Assembly (NCBI GenBank): GCA_963674965.2
Contig: CAXXFL010000001.1
Coordinates: 352,001-416,000, forward strand
From: a bacterium
GTDB lineage: Bacteria > RBG-13-61-14 > DATKZS01
Direction of reading: 5' to 3'
DNA: 64,000 bases
The notes under the pieces were generated by a model. It made no database searches. It was not told where the DNA came from and worked only from the letters and a program-made list of their open reading frames with translations. Of the stretch, positions 47,379-58,397 are shown piece after piece (within the stretch, counting starts at the first letter, position 1; each line of letters starts with the position of its first letter). Both the position numbers and the translations under genes were made by a program.

Positions 47379-49454
47379 TCACTCCCCACCGCGTTGGCCG
47401 TCCACCGCGTCTCCTTCAATCCTCTCGGTTTTGGGCTGAAGCGAGAGGAGAAAATCATAAACGGTATTATTTTCAGACTCGGCGACGTTTAAGGGGGTCC
47501 TGCCCAGGCTATCCTTTACGTTGAGGTCCGCCCCGGCGGCTATAAGCATCTTTACTATGTCTTTGGCGTCCATATCCGGATTAGCGTCCTGCACCCGGGT
47601 ATCATTAATATCACAGGCCCCTCCTCCTCTTTGTGTGCGGCCCGCCAAGTGAAGGGGAGTTTCATTATTATTATTTCTGGCAGAGGGGTCGGCCCCATTC
47701 TCGAGCAGCAGTTTAATGACTGACTTGAGGCCGTTTTCGGTCGCCAGGTGAAGAGGAGTATTACCGTCATCGTCCTTGGAGTCCACGCCCGCTCCCGCTT
47801 TAAGGAGCATCGCCGCGACGTCGACGAACCTGCTCGGGCTAAAAAGGTATCCGGGACGGTTGGACAAAGCTTTATGCAGGGGAGTTTTACTGACGTCATT
47901 CAACGCGTTCGCGTCAGCGCCGTTGTTGATTAACAGATCGACGACTTCGGCGTGGCCGTTACCCGCGGCGCCGTGGAGAGGCCTGGACCCGCCCATATTA
48001 ATGTAACCCAGTGAAGCCAGGCCATCGTAAATCTTTTCGTCGAAGTCGGGCGAATCGCATTTAGGGCTGAAGTTAACGTCGGCCCCTTGGCTGATGAGGT
48101 ATTCGCAGACGTCCTTATGGCCCCCGACGGCGGCGATGGATAAAGGCGTCTCACCGCAATAACCGCCGACGGCGTTTACGTCGGCTCCGCTTTCCACGAG
48201 ATATTTTACGACCTCCAGTCGGCCGGCGGCCGCGGCGTTATATAGAGGAGCGTATCTGATTCTTCCCTTTACGTTCGGCCCGTACATTTCCGTCAGTAGC
48301 TTTACTACCGCCATATGACCGTTTCCAGCCGCTTCCTGGAACGGCGAGTCTCCACCATCATTGAGGCTCCTCACGTCGGCCCCGCTTTCCAGAAGCAGTT
48401 TGACAATTTCCTTATGACCTTTTGAGGCGGCAAGAAAAAGGGGAGTGTTCATATAACTATCGTGCTCGTCAGAAGGAGCTCCTTTCCGTAACAACAGCCC
48501 CGCTACGGACAAGCTTCCACGTCTCGCGCATCGATGGAGAGGCGTATTACCGTCACCGTCGACGGCGTTTACTTTTCCTCCTTTTGCGATTAGTAACTCT
48601 GTAATTTTTTCATTGCCATGCTCGGCCGCGAGATGGAGGGGAGTGACGTTCTCAGTCCCGGGACAACCCTTGTCTTTTCGTTCCTGGATACTGCACTTGG
48701 CGTTCGGGTCCGCTCCATTTTCAAGCAAGACCTCCACCATTTCTAGGTCCCCTTTCGCTACGGCCACGTGTAGAAGGGTTTTATTTCCCTCAACGGTATC
48801 CGAGACCAAGACGGGTTTAGAGCGAAGGCTTTCATAGACCGCCTCTTTCCTCCCCAGACAGACGTCGGTGAATATGTCCGTTCTGGCTCCCTTGCTGAAA
48901 AGCAGATCAACCAATGCCATATGGCCGCAACAACACGCCCGTTTAATAGGGGTCATGCCTTGGCCATTTTCCGCGTTTAATTCCGCTTCTCTCTCCAGGA
49001 GCAACGAGGCAATATCAACTTGACCGTATCTTGCCGCCGTGTGTAGAGGCGTCCATCCATAGTCGGTTTTGGCGTTTACGTCCGCCCCGAGGTCGAGGAG
49101 AATCTCACATGTCTTTTTGTGGCCTCCGTATACGGCAAGATGCAAAGGAGTAGCGCCCTCGCATGTATCTCTGGCCGTCACGTCCGCTCCCCCCTCGATC
49201 AGCTTAACTAAAACGTCCTCCCTTCCCTCCATCGCGGCCTTGTGAATCGGAAACCTGCCGGGACGCTTGTCGCGTTTTGGAGCGGCGTCTCCGGTCTCAG
49301 GAGCCTTCGGATCGTTTTCTTCCGGCAATGAAGAGGCGGACCCTCTCGACGCGGGAGTTCCTTGAGTTTCCAGCCGACCGCCGTTATCCTCCAGGCAAGA
49401 CGCTTGCATTAATAGCGCCAAAACCAGTGGAGCGTGTACTTTCAGTTTATGCAT
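47379..49454 (-). CDS. Ankyrin-repeat protein, probable lipoprotein
   Basis: Lipobox-like LLMQASC; more than a dozen TPLH/GADVN ankyrin repeats; visibly lower GC than the flanking genes. Confidence 0.93.
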   Translation of the reverse strand: MHKLKVHAPLVLALLMQASCLEDNGGRLETQGTPASRGSASSLPEENDPKAPETGDAAPKRDKRPGRFPIHKAAMEGREDVLVKLIEGGADVTARDTCEGATPLHLAVYGGHKKTCEILLDLGADVNAKTDYGWTPLHTAARYGQVDIASLLLEREAELNAENGQGMTPIKRACCCGHMALVDLLFSKGARTDIFTDVCLGRKEAVYESLRSKPVLVSDTVEGNKTLLHVAVAKGDLEMVEVLLENGADPNAKCSIQERKDKGCPGTENVTPLHLAAEHGNEKITELLIAKGGKVNAVDGDGNTPLHRCARRGSLSVAGLLLRKGAPSDEHDSYMNTPLFLAASKGHKEIVKLLLESGADVRSLNDGGDSPFQEAAGNGHMAVVKLLTEMYGPNVKGRIRYAPLYNAAAAGRLEVVKYLVESGADVNAVGGYCGETPLSIAAVGGHKDVCEYLISQGADVNFSPKCDSPDFDEKIYDGLASLGYINMGGSRPLHGAAGNGHAEVVDLLINNGADANALNDVSKTPLHKALSNRPGYLFSPSRFVDVAAMLLKAGAGVDSKDDDGNTPLHLATENGLKSVIKLLLENGADPSARNNNNETPLHLAGRTQRGGGACDINDTRVQDANPDMDAKDIVKMLIAAGADLNVKDSLGRTPLNVAESENNTVYDFLLSLQPKTERIEGDAVDGQRGGE

Positions 49455-49629
49455 CCTGGCTCTCCTTAAATTGGGGTGTCTTTATGACCACCTTTATTCG
49501 CCATCCGTTCCGCTAGGCCGATGAAAAAGATATTCCTGATTTTTTTAATAAATGCCCTCTTAAAACCTTGGCCTCCCTAATCCGTTTGGACTATTATCTT
49601 GTTTATAAAAATCATCCAAGGGAGGAGAC

Positions 49630-50889
49630 ATGAAACACGCCCCGATAAAAGTAATGGCGCTTCTTTTAGCCCTGGCCTTTTTCCTAGTGCCGCCGGCGCG
49701 GGCCAGGATCAAGCTGGCGTCCCTGCCGGTCCGGGAGAAGGTGGAAATCCAGCTCGATAACGGCTCTTACACTCTGGTGGAGGAGGAAAGGATCGTGCCC
49801 CTTTTGGCCAGCTCGCCCGAGGCGGGCAACAACCAGGTGGACTTTTCCTGGTCCAACGCCTACATCGACAAGGACTCGATTCAGTTCCGGCCGCTGGCGA
49901 TCAGGGAGGGAGACAAGTTCCGTCCCATTAAAAAGGTCAAGGTGGACGGCGGGGAGACGGACGAGGTCGCCGTTATCAGCTCGTCATATCCGCCCGGCGA
50001 GAACGCCCTGTTCTGGGAGGTCTATTCCCACAAGGCCTGCGCCGTGAAGGTCCGCGTGAGCTACATAATCAGTAACCTCTCCCGCTCCTTCAGCTACCGG
50101 GCCATCGCGGACAAGGACGAGACGAAACTGACCCTCAAGAACTACATCAAGATCACGAACTACTCGGGCGAGGAGTACGGCGAGGCCATCGTCTGGGCCG
50201 GCTTCGGTGACGCCTACGACAAGGTGGTGGGCCAGGAGGAGGAAATCCAGATACTCCTCAGAAAGTTCGAGGAGACGCCCATTAAAAAGACCTACACCTA
50301 CGACTGGTACGTGAACGGGCCTTTAAGCGACGACAAGCCCTTCGCCTCCAAGGTACTCATGCATTACGTGCTGACCAACGCCAAGGACAACAAGCTGGGC
50401 GAGTATCCTCTTCCTCCGGGCAAGGTCCGGATTTTCATCGAGGACGGCCGCGGCGGCGAGGCCTTCCTGGGGGAGGACATGGCCAAGCTCACGCCCCTGG
50501 ACTCGGAAATGAAAATCTACCTGGGCGAGGCCAGGGACGTGGTCTGCACCAGGACCATCGAGTCCAATGAGCGCCACAAGGTAAAAGGGAACCTGCACGA
50601 CCAGGAGATAATCGTCAAGTACGAGATCGAGAACTTCAAGGACAAGCCGGCCAGGCTGGGAATTCTCGAGCGCCTTAACGACGTGGCCAGGGAATACTCG
50701 GGAAGCGCGCCCGGCGACGTGGAGTGGGAAAAGGGCAAGAAGACCTCGCGGGAGATAGACTTCGACATGAAGGAGGGGGGCTCGACGCCCACCCTTTTCG
50801 TGGACCTGCCGGCCCGGCCCAAGGGAAAAGACAAGGTCGAGAAGACGGTGGTCAAGTTCCACTTCACCCTGAAGAACCTGTGGAACTGA
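49630..50889 (+). CDS. Exported DUF4139-like protein
   Basis: Signal peptide; LVEEER, VRVSY, ITNYSGE, LGEYPLPPGKVRIF, FLGED, YEIENFK. Confidence 0.75.
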   Translation: MKHAPIKVMALLLALAFFLVPPARARIKLASLPVREKVEIQLDNGSYTLVEEERIVPLLASSPEAGNNQVDFSWSNAYIDKDSIQFRPLAIREGDKFRPIKKVKVDGGETDEVAVISSSYPPGENALFWEVYSHKACAVKVRVSYIISNLSRSFSYRAIADKDETKLTLKNYIKITNYSGEEYGEAIVWAGFGDAYDKVVGQEEEIQILLRKFEETPIKKTYTYDWYVNGPLSDDKPFASKVLMHYVLTNAKDNKLGEYPLPPGKVRIFIEDGRGGEAFLGEDMAKLTPLDSEMKIYLGEARDVVCTRTIESNERHKVKGNLHDQEIIVKYEIENFKDKPARLGILERLNDVAREYSGSAPGDVEWEKGKKTSREIDFDMKEGGSTPTLFVDLPARPKGKDKVEKTVVKFHFTLKNLWN

Positions 50890-50902
50890 AAGGAGCCCTG
50901 AA

Positions 50903-52249
50903 ATGAAACGCGCGCTAATCCTGATATTCGTCCTGCTGGCGGCCCTTCCCGCCGGCGCCAAGAACGTGGACCTGGTCACTTTGCCGGGCCGAAACTCGGT
51001 GCAGCTTACCATCTACAACTCCGAGGACATAACCCTGGTCAAGGAAACGAGATACGTGACCCTGAAGAAGGGACAAAACAAGCTCCAGTTCTCCTGGGCG
51101 GGAACCCTGATCGATCCGACCAGCGTTGACTTTCGGCCCCTCGAGAGGAAGTCCGAGGTCGAGCTTATCGACGCGGTCTTTCCCGGCCAGAAGCCCCAGC
51201 ACCTTATCTGGAACATCCAAAGCGAGTACGAGGGCCAGGTCAAGGTCGAGGTATCCTATTTTACCAGCGGCCTTACCTGGACCATGGACTACGTGGGCGT
51301 GGCGGACCCCGATGAAAAGGACCTGGACTTCAGGGGATACGTCAGGGTCTACAACCGGTCGGGCGAGGAATACGAGGACGCCCAGGTCAGGCTGATCGTG
51401 GGCAAGATCAACCTGGTCGACAAGATCGCGGACCTGGCCAGAAGCCGCGGATACGAGCCCCCGGCCCCCGCGTCCGAGGAGTATGAAATGCTCAAGGAGG
51501 AGGCGGCCCGGGACTCCTTCAGCCGGGCCGAGTCGGAGATGAGAAAAGCCAAGGTCATGGCCATGCCCTCGTCGGCCCCCAAGGGCGTGGTCAAGGAGGG
51601 CGTGTCGGAATACTTCATGTTCAGCGTGGACGGGACCGAGACTATCAAGGACGGCTGGTCCAAGCGCATGAGGGCCCTCAAGGCCGAGGGCGTGAAGATC
51701 GACGTGGTCTACAGGATGCGGGAATACCAGTACGGCTCGAGGCCGGTGAGGTTTTACGTCTGGAAGAACGACGAGGAACACAAGCTGGGCGATTCGCCCC
51801 TGCCGGACGGGACCATCCGGGTGTTCCGGGACAACGGCAAAGAGGGTCTTTCCTTCATGGCCGGCCAGAACGTCGAGTACGTGCCCATCATGGCCGACGT
51901 CGAGATCAACCTGGGCCACGACGACCTGGTGGTCTACGAGCCGAAAAAGATGGGCACCAAAAGGGACAGGTTCAGCTTCGACAAGTACGACAACGTGGAC
52001 GGCTACGACGAGACCCAGAAATGGGTGGACGCCGTCAGGAACTACAGGGATAAGCCCATTTTTATAGAGGTAAGAAAGACGCTTGGCGGCGACGTGGATT
52101 ACGAATCCGACGAGAAAACCGAGCTTTTCGACTACCGGACCACCGAGTGCAAGCTCACGGTCAAGGCCATGAAAACCATGGAATACGAGTATGAGCTGAC
52201 CTATCACAACGGGACCAATAAAAAACAGGACCGGATTAAAATTAAATAA
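50903..52249 (+). CDS. Exported DUF4139-like protein (paralog)
   Basis: Signal peptide; VQLTIYN, LVKETR, IDPTSV, SYFTSGLTW, LGDSPLPDG.IRVF. Confidence 0.8.
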   Translation: MKRALILIFVLLAALPAGAKNVDLVTLPGRNSVQLTIYNSEDITLVKETRYVTLKKGQNKLQFSWAGTLIDPTSVDFRPLERKSEVELIDAVFPGQKPQHLIWNIQSEYEGQVKVEVSYFTSGLTWTMDYVGVADPDEKDLDFRGYVRVYNRSGEEYEDAQVRLIVGKINLVDKIADLARSRGYEPPAPASEEYEMLKEEAARDSFSRAESEMRKAKVMAMPSSAPKGVVKEGVSEYFMFSVDGTETIKDGWSKRMRALKAEGVKIDVVYRMREYQYGSRPVRFYVWKNDEEHKLGDSPLPDGTIRVFRDNGKEGLSFMAGQNVEYVPIMADVEINLGHDDLVVYEPKKMGTKRDRFSFDKYDNVDGYDETQKWVDAVRNYRDKPIFIEVRKTLGGDVDYESDEKTELFDYRTTECKLTVKAMKTMEYEYELTYHNGTNKKQDRIKIK

Positions 52250-52264
52250 GGCCCAAGGGGGCCG

Positions 52265-52302
52265 AAGCGGCGGCCGGTTTGTGCCCGGCCGCCGCTTTTT
52301 TT
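52265..52302 (+). terminator. Intrinsic terminator after the DUF4139 pair
   Basis: AAGCGGCGGCCGG / CCGGCCGCCGCTT stem followed by a T-run. Confidence 0.85.
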
Positions 52303-52372
52303 GTGCCTTTGGTCCCGGGCTAAAGGACATGGAGGGGCTCGGCTCCCGGGGGGCCTCGAGCGCTCCCGGGAC

Positions 52373-52465
52373 TTGCATTTATTTTTTATTTATGGTACCT
52401 TATTTAAGGTAGGGCCATGTGGATTAGCGATTAAGTGGGTTCTCCGGACCCGCTTTTTTCTTTTT
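52373..52465 (+). promoter_or_regulatory. rimP operon promoter and terminator-like leader hairpin
   Basis: TTGCAT-17 bp-TACCTT with TG extension; hairpin AAGTGGGTT...GACCCGCTT (52433-52455) followed by a T-tract. Confidence 0.6.
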
Positions 52466-52550
52466 CCCTCGGGGGGTTACCGAGGCGGACGGGAAAGTCT
52501 TTTACCCATGGTTCGGTGGCGTATTATTTGTCGAAAAAGCCGTTGGGGCC

Positions 52551-53024
52551 ATGATGAACGCCTTGGAGGAAGCGATAGTCGAGCTTGCCGTGCCCGTTCT
52601 TGATGGACGGGGCCTCGAGCTCGTTGATATCGAGACCTCCCGTAAGGGCAAGCGGCTCTGGTTGCGGCTTTTCATTGACAGGAAGGACAGGTCCTCGGGC
52701 GGCGTCACGGTTAACGAGTGCGGCGACGCTAACCTGGCCCTGAGCGACGTTCTGGACGCGGAGGACCTGATCGACTCGAGCTATACCCTCGAGGTATCGA
52801 GCCCGGGCGTCAACCGTCGGCTCAGGTTTCCCGAGCATTTCCGGGAGCGCCTGGGCGAGAAGGTTTTCGTCAAGGCCCGGCGGCCCATGGAGGGAAGGAA
52901 AAACTTTAAGGGAACTCTCGTGGCCGCGGGCGACGCGGCTATCGAGATCGAGATAGACGGGACCCGGTTCGAGATAGGCTATGAGGACATAGCCCGGGCC
53001 CATCTGGAGTATTCTTTCGATTGA
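52551..53024 (+). CDS. rimP: Ribosome maturation factor RimP
   Basis: LRLFID, YTLEVSSPGVNR, GRKNFKG; first gene of the nusA-infB operon. Confidence 0.96.
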   Translation: MMNALEEAIVELAVPVLDGRGLELVDIETSRKGKRLWLRLFIDRKDRSSGGVTVNECGDANLALSDVLDAEDLIDSSYTLEVSSPGVNRRLRFPEHFRERLGEKVFVKARRPMEGRKNFKGTLVAAGDAAIEIEIDGTRFEIGYEDIARAHLEYSFD

Positions 53025-53108
53025 GAAGGCGAGGCTAACACCCTTTATTAGACGCCCGGGTCGGGACCGACGGTCCCATTCCAAGGACCGGGCGGGGACG
53101 GGGCAACA

Positions 53109-54719
53109 ATGGCAGGCAGAAGAAAAAAGGGCGAGGAGAAAGAGACGAGAAGCGGCTTTGGCACCGAGCTTATCCACGTGATCGACTCGGTGGTCAAGGA
53201 CAAGGGCATCTCGAGGGACGTTTTGGTCGAGGCCCTGGAGAGCGCGCTTCTCACGGCGGCTCGCAAGAAGCTTGGTCCGCACCGCGAGCTCGAGGCCCGC
53301 TTCAACGAGGACCTGGGCGAGATCGAGCTTTTCGAGTTCAAGGACGTGGTTGACGACGTGGTTGACGAGTTCACCCAGGTAAGCCTGGAGGAGGGCCGGG
53401 ACCTAGATCCCGAGGCCGAGGTGGGCGACAGCCTGGGCGTCAAGATCGACACGGAGAACTTCGGCCGCATCGCCGCCCAGACGGCCAAGCAGGTGATCAT
53501 CCAGAAGGTCCGGGACGCCGAGCGTCTCATGATCTACAACGAGTACCGCGACCGGGCGGGCGAGATCATCACCGGCATCGCCCGCCGGTTCGAGAAAGGC
53601 AACATGATCATCGACCTGGGCCGCACTGAGGCCATCCTGCCCCGGAGCGAGCAGGTCCCTCGCGAGAACTACCGGGTGGGCGACCGGGTCCGGGCCTATA
53701 TCATGCAGGTCCATCAGGACTCGAAGGGGCCACAGGTGGTCCTGTCCAGAAGGAGCCCCGACTTCGTGAAAAAACTCTTCGAGATGGAGGTGCCCGAGAT
53801 CAACGAGGGCATCGTCAGCATCGAGGCCGTGGCCCGGGACCCGGGCGTGAGGACCAAGCTGGCCGTCAACTCGAGGGAGTCGGACGTGGACCCGGTGGGG
53901 GCCTGCGTGGGCATGAAGGGCTCGAGGGTCCAGGCGGTGGTGGGCGAGCTTCGGGGCGAGAAGATAGACATCATTCCCTGGACCAGGGACATCGCCAAGA
54001 ACGTGTGCAACGCCCTGGCCCCGGCCGAGGTCTCGAGGATGATCATCGACGACGAGCAGCGCATGGTGCTGGTCATAGTGGGCGACGACCAACTGTCCCT
54101 GGCCATCGGCAGGAAGGGACAGAACGTCCGGCTGGCCTCCCAGCTCACCGAATGGGACATCGACATCAAGAGCGAGACCGAAATGGAGAACCTCACCAAG
54201 GAGGCCCAGAACACCCTCGGCAGAGTGCCCGGCATCGGACCGGTGCTGGCCGAGAAGCTCTACCTCGAGGGGTTCACCTCCGCCTTCGACCTCTCCAACG
54301 CCGACCCCGAAATGCTCTCGGCCATTCCCGGCATCGGACCGGTTAAGGCCAAGCGCATCATCCAGGCCGGCGAGGCCTTCTTCGAGAAACAGCTCGAGGC
54401 GGGAGAGGTCACGGAGGACGGAAAACCCGTGGGCGAGGAACCGGAGGAGGATGAAACCGCCGGCGCCGAGACCGAGGCGGAAGATACCGAGGGGGCCGAG
54501 GCCGCCGGGGAAGATGAAGCCGAGGACGATGAAGCCAAGGACGATGGAGCCGGTGAAGAGGTAAAGGAGCCGGAGGAGGCAAAGGCCGAGCCGGAGGAGT
54601 CGGACGAGGAAAGCGAGGAGGATGACCCAGCCGCGGCCGAGGCATCCTCCGAGGAAGACGAGTCCGGCGATGGAGAAGGACCCGGGCAAGAGGAAGGTGA
54701 TTTGGACAAGAGCGAATAA
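53109..54719 (+). CDS. nusA: Transcription termination/antitermination factor NusA with HhH repeats and acidic tail
   Basis: FGRIAAQTAKQVIIQK, EVPEI, ARDPG.RTK, DPVGACVGMKGSRV, LSLAIGRKGQNVRLA. Confidence 0.98.
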   Translation: MAGRRKKGEEKETRSGFGTELIHVIDSVVKDKGISRDVLVEALESALLTAARKKLGPHRELEARFNEDLGEIELFEFKDVVDDVVDEFTQVSLEEGRDLDPEAEVGDSLGVKIDTENFGRIAAQTAKQVIIQKVRDAERLMIYNEYRDRAGEIITGIARRFEKGNMIIDLGRTEAILPRSEQVPRENYRVGDRVRAYIMQVHQDSKGPQVVLSRRSPDFVKKLFEMEVPEINEGIVSIEAVARDPGVRTKLAVNSRESDVDPVGACVGMKGSRVQAVVGELRGEKIDIIPWTRDIAKNVCNALAPAEVSRMIIDDEQRMVLVIVGDDQLSLAIGRKGQNVRLASQLTEWDIDIKSETEMENLTKEAQNTLGRVPGIGPVLAEKLYLEGFTSAFDLSNADPEMLSAIPGIGPVKAKRIIQAGEAFFEKQLEAGEVTEDGKPVGEEPEEDETAGAETEAEDTEGAEAAGEDEAEDDEAKDDGAGEEVKEPEEAKAEPEESDEESEEDDPAAAEASSEEDESGDGEGPGQEEGDLDKSE

Positions 54720-54818
54720 AATGGCGGTCCGGAGTATATTGCGCCGGTTCGGGAATTGATTTGCAATCGGGCGTAATCGGTAAGGTGCATTGGCGAAACG
54801 GAAGGGGTAATCAAGGGC

Positions 54819-57599
54819 ATGGCTAAGATCAGGGTGTATGAGCTTGCCAAGGAACTTGGGCTGGACAACAAGGAGATTCTGGCCAAACTGAGGTCTCTGA
54901 AGATCCCGGTCAAGACCCACATGAGCGTTGTGCCCGACGAGGAACTGGAGCGGATCAAGAAGAGCCTTGCCGACAAGGAAACCGATTCCCCCGCCGAGGG
55001 CGTGGTCGAGAAGAGGGTGGCCAAGGGCGTCATCCGCCGGCGCGCTCGCGCCAAGCCCGCCGAGGAGGAGCCCGAGCAGCCCAAGATGGACCTGGTGGCC
55101 CTCAAGCAGGCGGCGGCCAAAAAGGCCCGCCGCGAGGAGCTCGACTCTCTGGAAAAACCCACCGACGAGGACCTGGAGGGAATTCCCGCCGAATGGACCG
55201 AGGAGGAGACTCGCGCCGAGGAAGAGAAGGCGCGGGGACCCGAGCCCGCTCCCGCCCCCGAGGAGGCGAGCGCGCCCGAGCCCGAGCCGGCCCCGGTTCA
55301 GCCGCCCGAGCCCGAGGCGCCCGCAAAAACCGAGGAAAAACTGGAAGAGACTCCACCTCCCGAAAAGATGGTGACCTCCGGGCAACCGGAGGCCGTCGAG
55401 CCGGGGCCCGCCCCCGATGTGCCCGCCCAACCCGAGCCTGCCAAGGAGGCGGCCCCTCCCAAGCCCCGGCGCATTTACGTCAAGCCCGAGCTGAGAAAGA
55501 CGGCCAAGATACCGGAGGGACAACCCATTCCCATCCCGGGCCAGCGCCCGGAGGCCAAGCCGGAGGAAAAGCCGGCGTCGCCCGAGGACGCCGACGCGGA
55601 AGCCAAGAAGAAAAAGAAAAAGAAAAAACGCGGCAAGGTCGGCGAAGCGGTCATCGAGACCCAGCAGGACATCGAGGCCGCGCCCAAGAAGAAACTCCGG
55701 CGAAAAATCGCCTTTAAGATGCAGCGTGGCATGGAGGGCATGGAGTACGCCGACGTGGAAAAGATGTATCTTCCATCTCGCAAAAAGATGAGCGGCAAGA
55801 AAAAGGTCGCGAAGAAAACCGCCATTACCACGCCCAAGGCGGCGAAAAGGATCGTTAAAATGGGAAAAACGATCAGCGTGTCGGAATTTTCCAAACAGTT
55901 GGGCGTCAAGTCCAGGGAGATAATCAAGACGCTGATGGCCGAGGGCATAATGGCCGACGACAATTACGCTCTCGACGCGGACATAGCGGGCGTGATCGCC
56001 GCCTCCTATAATTACGAGATCAATCAGGTGGTTTTCGACGAGGCCGACTACCTGGCCGAGGAGTCCAGGGAGAAGCCCGAGGACCTCGTTGCCCGTCCGC
56101 CGGTGGTAACGGTCATGGGCCACGTCGACCACGGCAAAACCTCTTTGCTCGACACGATCAGGAAGACCCGGGTCACCGAGGAGGAGGCGGGACAGATCAC
56201 CCAGCACATCGGGGCCTCGGTGGTCGAGACCAGCTCGGGCAAGATCGTGTTCGTGGACACCCCGGGCCACGAGGCTTTCACCTCCATGCGGGCCAGGGGC
56301 GCCGAGGTCACCGATATCGTCATCCTGGTGGTGGCCGCCGACGACGGGATCATGCCTCAAACCGTCGAGGCCGCCAGCCACGCCAAGGCCGCCGGCGTTC
56401 CCATCATCGTGGCCGTCAACAAGATAGACCTGCCCGCGGCCAAGCCCGACGTGGTCAGGCAAAGGCTGTCCGAGATCGACCTGACGCCGGAGGAATGGGG
56501 CGGAGACACTCTGGTGGTCGAGTGCTCGGCCAAGAGCGGCCAGGGCATTCCCGACCTTCTCGACACCATCCTCCTTCAGGCGGAGATGCTCGAGCTCACG
56601 GCCAACCCCAAGAAGCCGGGCAAGGGACTGGTGATCGAGTCCCGCCTGGACAAGGGAAGAGGACCGGTGGCGACCATTATCGTCCAAGAGGGTACCATCA
56701 AGAAGGGCGACGTCCTCCTGGTGGGCAACACCTTCGGAAGGACCAGGGCCCTGCTGGACGACAGGGGAAAACCCGTCAAGAGCGCCGGGCCCAGCATACC
56801 GGTCGAGGTCATGGGGCTCTCGGGCGTGCCCGACGCCGGCGAGATGGCCCAGGTGGTCGAGAACGAAAAGAAGGCCCGCACCGTGGTGGATTACCGGGTC
56901 GAGGAGCAGCGGCGCAAGGACACGCCCCAGGCCCCGGCCAAGGTCAGCCTCGAGGACCTCATGGCCCGACTCGAGGAGGGCGAGGTCCAGGACCTGAACC
57001 TGATCATTAAAGCCGACACCCACGGATCGAGCGAGGCCATCAAGCAGTCGGCCGAGAAGCTGTCCAAAGAAGAGGTCCGGGTCCAGGTACTCCATCTCGG
57101 GGTGGGAAACATCACCGAGAACGACGTGCTTCTCGCCTCGGCCTCCAACGCCGTCATCATCGGCTTCGGCGTCAAGGGCGAGGCCAAGGCCAGGAAGCTG
57201 GCCGAGCGCGAGGGCATCCAGATTCGGACGTACGATATCATCTACAACCTTCTCGACGACGTGAAGGCGTCGCTCCAGGGCATGCTCAAGCCAGTGTTCG
57301 AGGAGGAGGTCTCGGGCCGGGCCGAGGTCCGCAAGGTCTTCCGCATCACCAAGGTCGGGGCCATCGCCGGCTGCTACGTCACGGACGGGGTCGTCAAAAG
57401 GAACCTTCGCGCCCGTCTTCTCCGGGATGGAGAGGCCGTCTATACGGGCAAGTTCAAGTCGCTAAAGAGGGTCCAGGACGACGTCCGGGAAGTGGCCCAG
57501 GGCCTCGAGTGCGGCATCGGCCTGGAGAACTTCAACGACATACAGGAGGGGGACGTCATCGAGGCCTTCGACCTGATCGAGACCACCCCCGGCCTCTGA
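54819..57599 (+). CDS. infB: Translation initiation factor IF-2
   Basis: [45 protein letters not shown]. Confidence 0.99.
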   Translation: MAKIRVYELAKELGLDNKEILAKLRSLKIPVKTHMSVVPDEELERIKKSLADKETDSPAEGVVEKRVAKGVIRRRARAKPAEEEPEQPKMDLVALKQAAAKKARREELDSLEKPTDEDLEGIPAEWTEEETRAEEEKARGPEPAPAPEEASAPEPEPAPVQPPEPEAPAKTEEKLEETPPPEKMVTSGQPEAVEPGPAPDVPAQPEPAKEAAPPKPRRIYVKPELRKTAKIPEGQPIPIPGQRPEAKPEEKPASPEDADAEAKKKKKKKKRGKVGEAVIETQQDIEAAPKKKLRRKIAFKMQRGMEGMEYADVEKMYLPSRKKMSGKKKVAKKTAITTPKAAKRIVKMGKTISVSEFSKQLGVKSREIIKTLMAEGIMADDNYALDADIAGVIAASYNYEINQVVFDEADYLAEESREKPEDLVARPPVVTVMGHVDHGKTSLLDTIRKTRVTEEEAGQITQHIGASVVETSSGKIVFVDTPGHEAFTSMRARGAEVTDIVILVVAADDGIMPQTVEAASHAKAAGVPIIVAVNKIDLPAAKPDVVRQRLSEIDLTPEEWGGDTLVVECSAKSGQGIPDLLDTILLQAEMLELTANPKKPGKGLVIESRLDKGRGPVATIIVQEGTIKKGDVLLVGNTFGRTRALLDDRGKPVKSAGPSIPVEVMGLSGVPDAGEMAQVVENEKKARTVVDYRVEEQRRKDTPQAPAKVSLEDLMARLEEGEVQDLNLIIKADTHGSSEAIKQSAEKLSKEEVRVQVLHLGVGNITENDVLLASASNAVIIGFGVKGEAKARKLAEREGIQIRTYDIIYNLLDDVKASLQGMLKPVFEEEVSGRAEVRKVFRITKVGAIAGCYVTDGVVKRNLRARLLRDGEAVYTGKFKSLKRVQDDVREVAQGLECGIGLENFNDIQEGDVIEAFDLIETTPGL

Positions 57600-57650
57600 C
57601 GATTTTTTTCCTCGTCTCGAGGCCCCTCCGAGCGGAAAAGAGAGGTTTAA

Positions 57651-57938
57651 TTGGTAGTCGGAGTATTGCGCCTCGACCTTCGCTTTCACGATTGCCGGTC
57701 GCTTAAAGCCAAGCGGGGCATGCTTAAAAAAGTCACGGCCAGAGTCAAAAACACCTTCGAGGTGGCGGTGGCCGAGGTCGGCGCCCAGGACCTGTGGCAA
57801 AGGGCCGAAATAGCCATCGCCGCCGTTGGAAACGACAGGCCCGTGATCAACACCAGGCTCGACCACGTGGTGAACTTCGTCGAGAGCTTGGGGACCGCGG
57901 AGATACTCGACCATCGGATCGAGTTGATCAACCTCTAA
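57651..57938 (+). CDS. DUF503 (YlxP) family protein
   Basis: SLKAKR, F.VAVAEVGAQDLWQRA; conserved position between infB and rbfA. Confidence 0.92.
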   Translation: MVVGVLRLDLRFHDCRSLKAKRGMLKKVTARVKNTFEVAVAEVGAQDLWQRAEIAIAAVGNDRPVINTRLDHVVNFVESLGTAEILDHRIELINL

Positions 57939-58022
57939 TCCGGAAAAAGGAAGACAACCAGGGTCCGGCCGATTTGCGTGCTATCATGTTCAAAGGAAAA
58001 GCTCGCGCCAAAGGAAACGAAC

Positions 58023-58397
58023 ATGGGATACAATCGCTCCGAGAGGGTGGGGCCCCTCATCTTCGAGGAAATCTCCCGGGTCCTCGTGAACAAGCTCGAG
58101 GACCCCAGGCTTAAAGGCTTGACCTTTACCAAGGTCAAGATGACCAAGGACCTTAGAGTGGCCAGGATTTACTACAGCCTCATCGGGGACGACGACGCCA
58201 TCGAGGCCGCGGGCGCCGCGCTCGAGGGCGCCAGGGGAAAGTTCAAGCGCGCCATCGGCGACAACCTGAACCTTCGCTACATGCCCGACCTCGAGTTCTT
58301 TTACGACCGCAACGTGGCCCACGCCGACAGGATCGGACGGATACTCGAGGAAATCCACCGCGGCTCGGCGGCCCCCGAATCCGAGGACGAGGATTAA
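58023..58397 (+). CDS. rbfA: Ribosome-binding factor A
   Basis: RSERVG, DPRL, TKDLRVARIY, LRYMPDLEF. Start at ATG 58023. Confidence 0.96.
   Translation: MGYNRSERVGPLIFEEISRVLVNKLEDPRLKGLTFTKVKMTKDLRVARIYYSLIGDDDAIEAAGAALEGARGKFKRAIGDNLNLRYMPDLEFFYDRNVAHADRIGRILEEIHRGSAAPESEDED

Noticed and set aside
53403-57095. 1230-aa minus-strand ORF, and similar long antisense ORFs (12719-14734, 19372-21405, 21989-23758, 62028-63893)
   Set aside because: Shadow ORFs opposite well-supported genes in high-GC DNA; no recognisable motifs.
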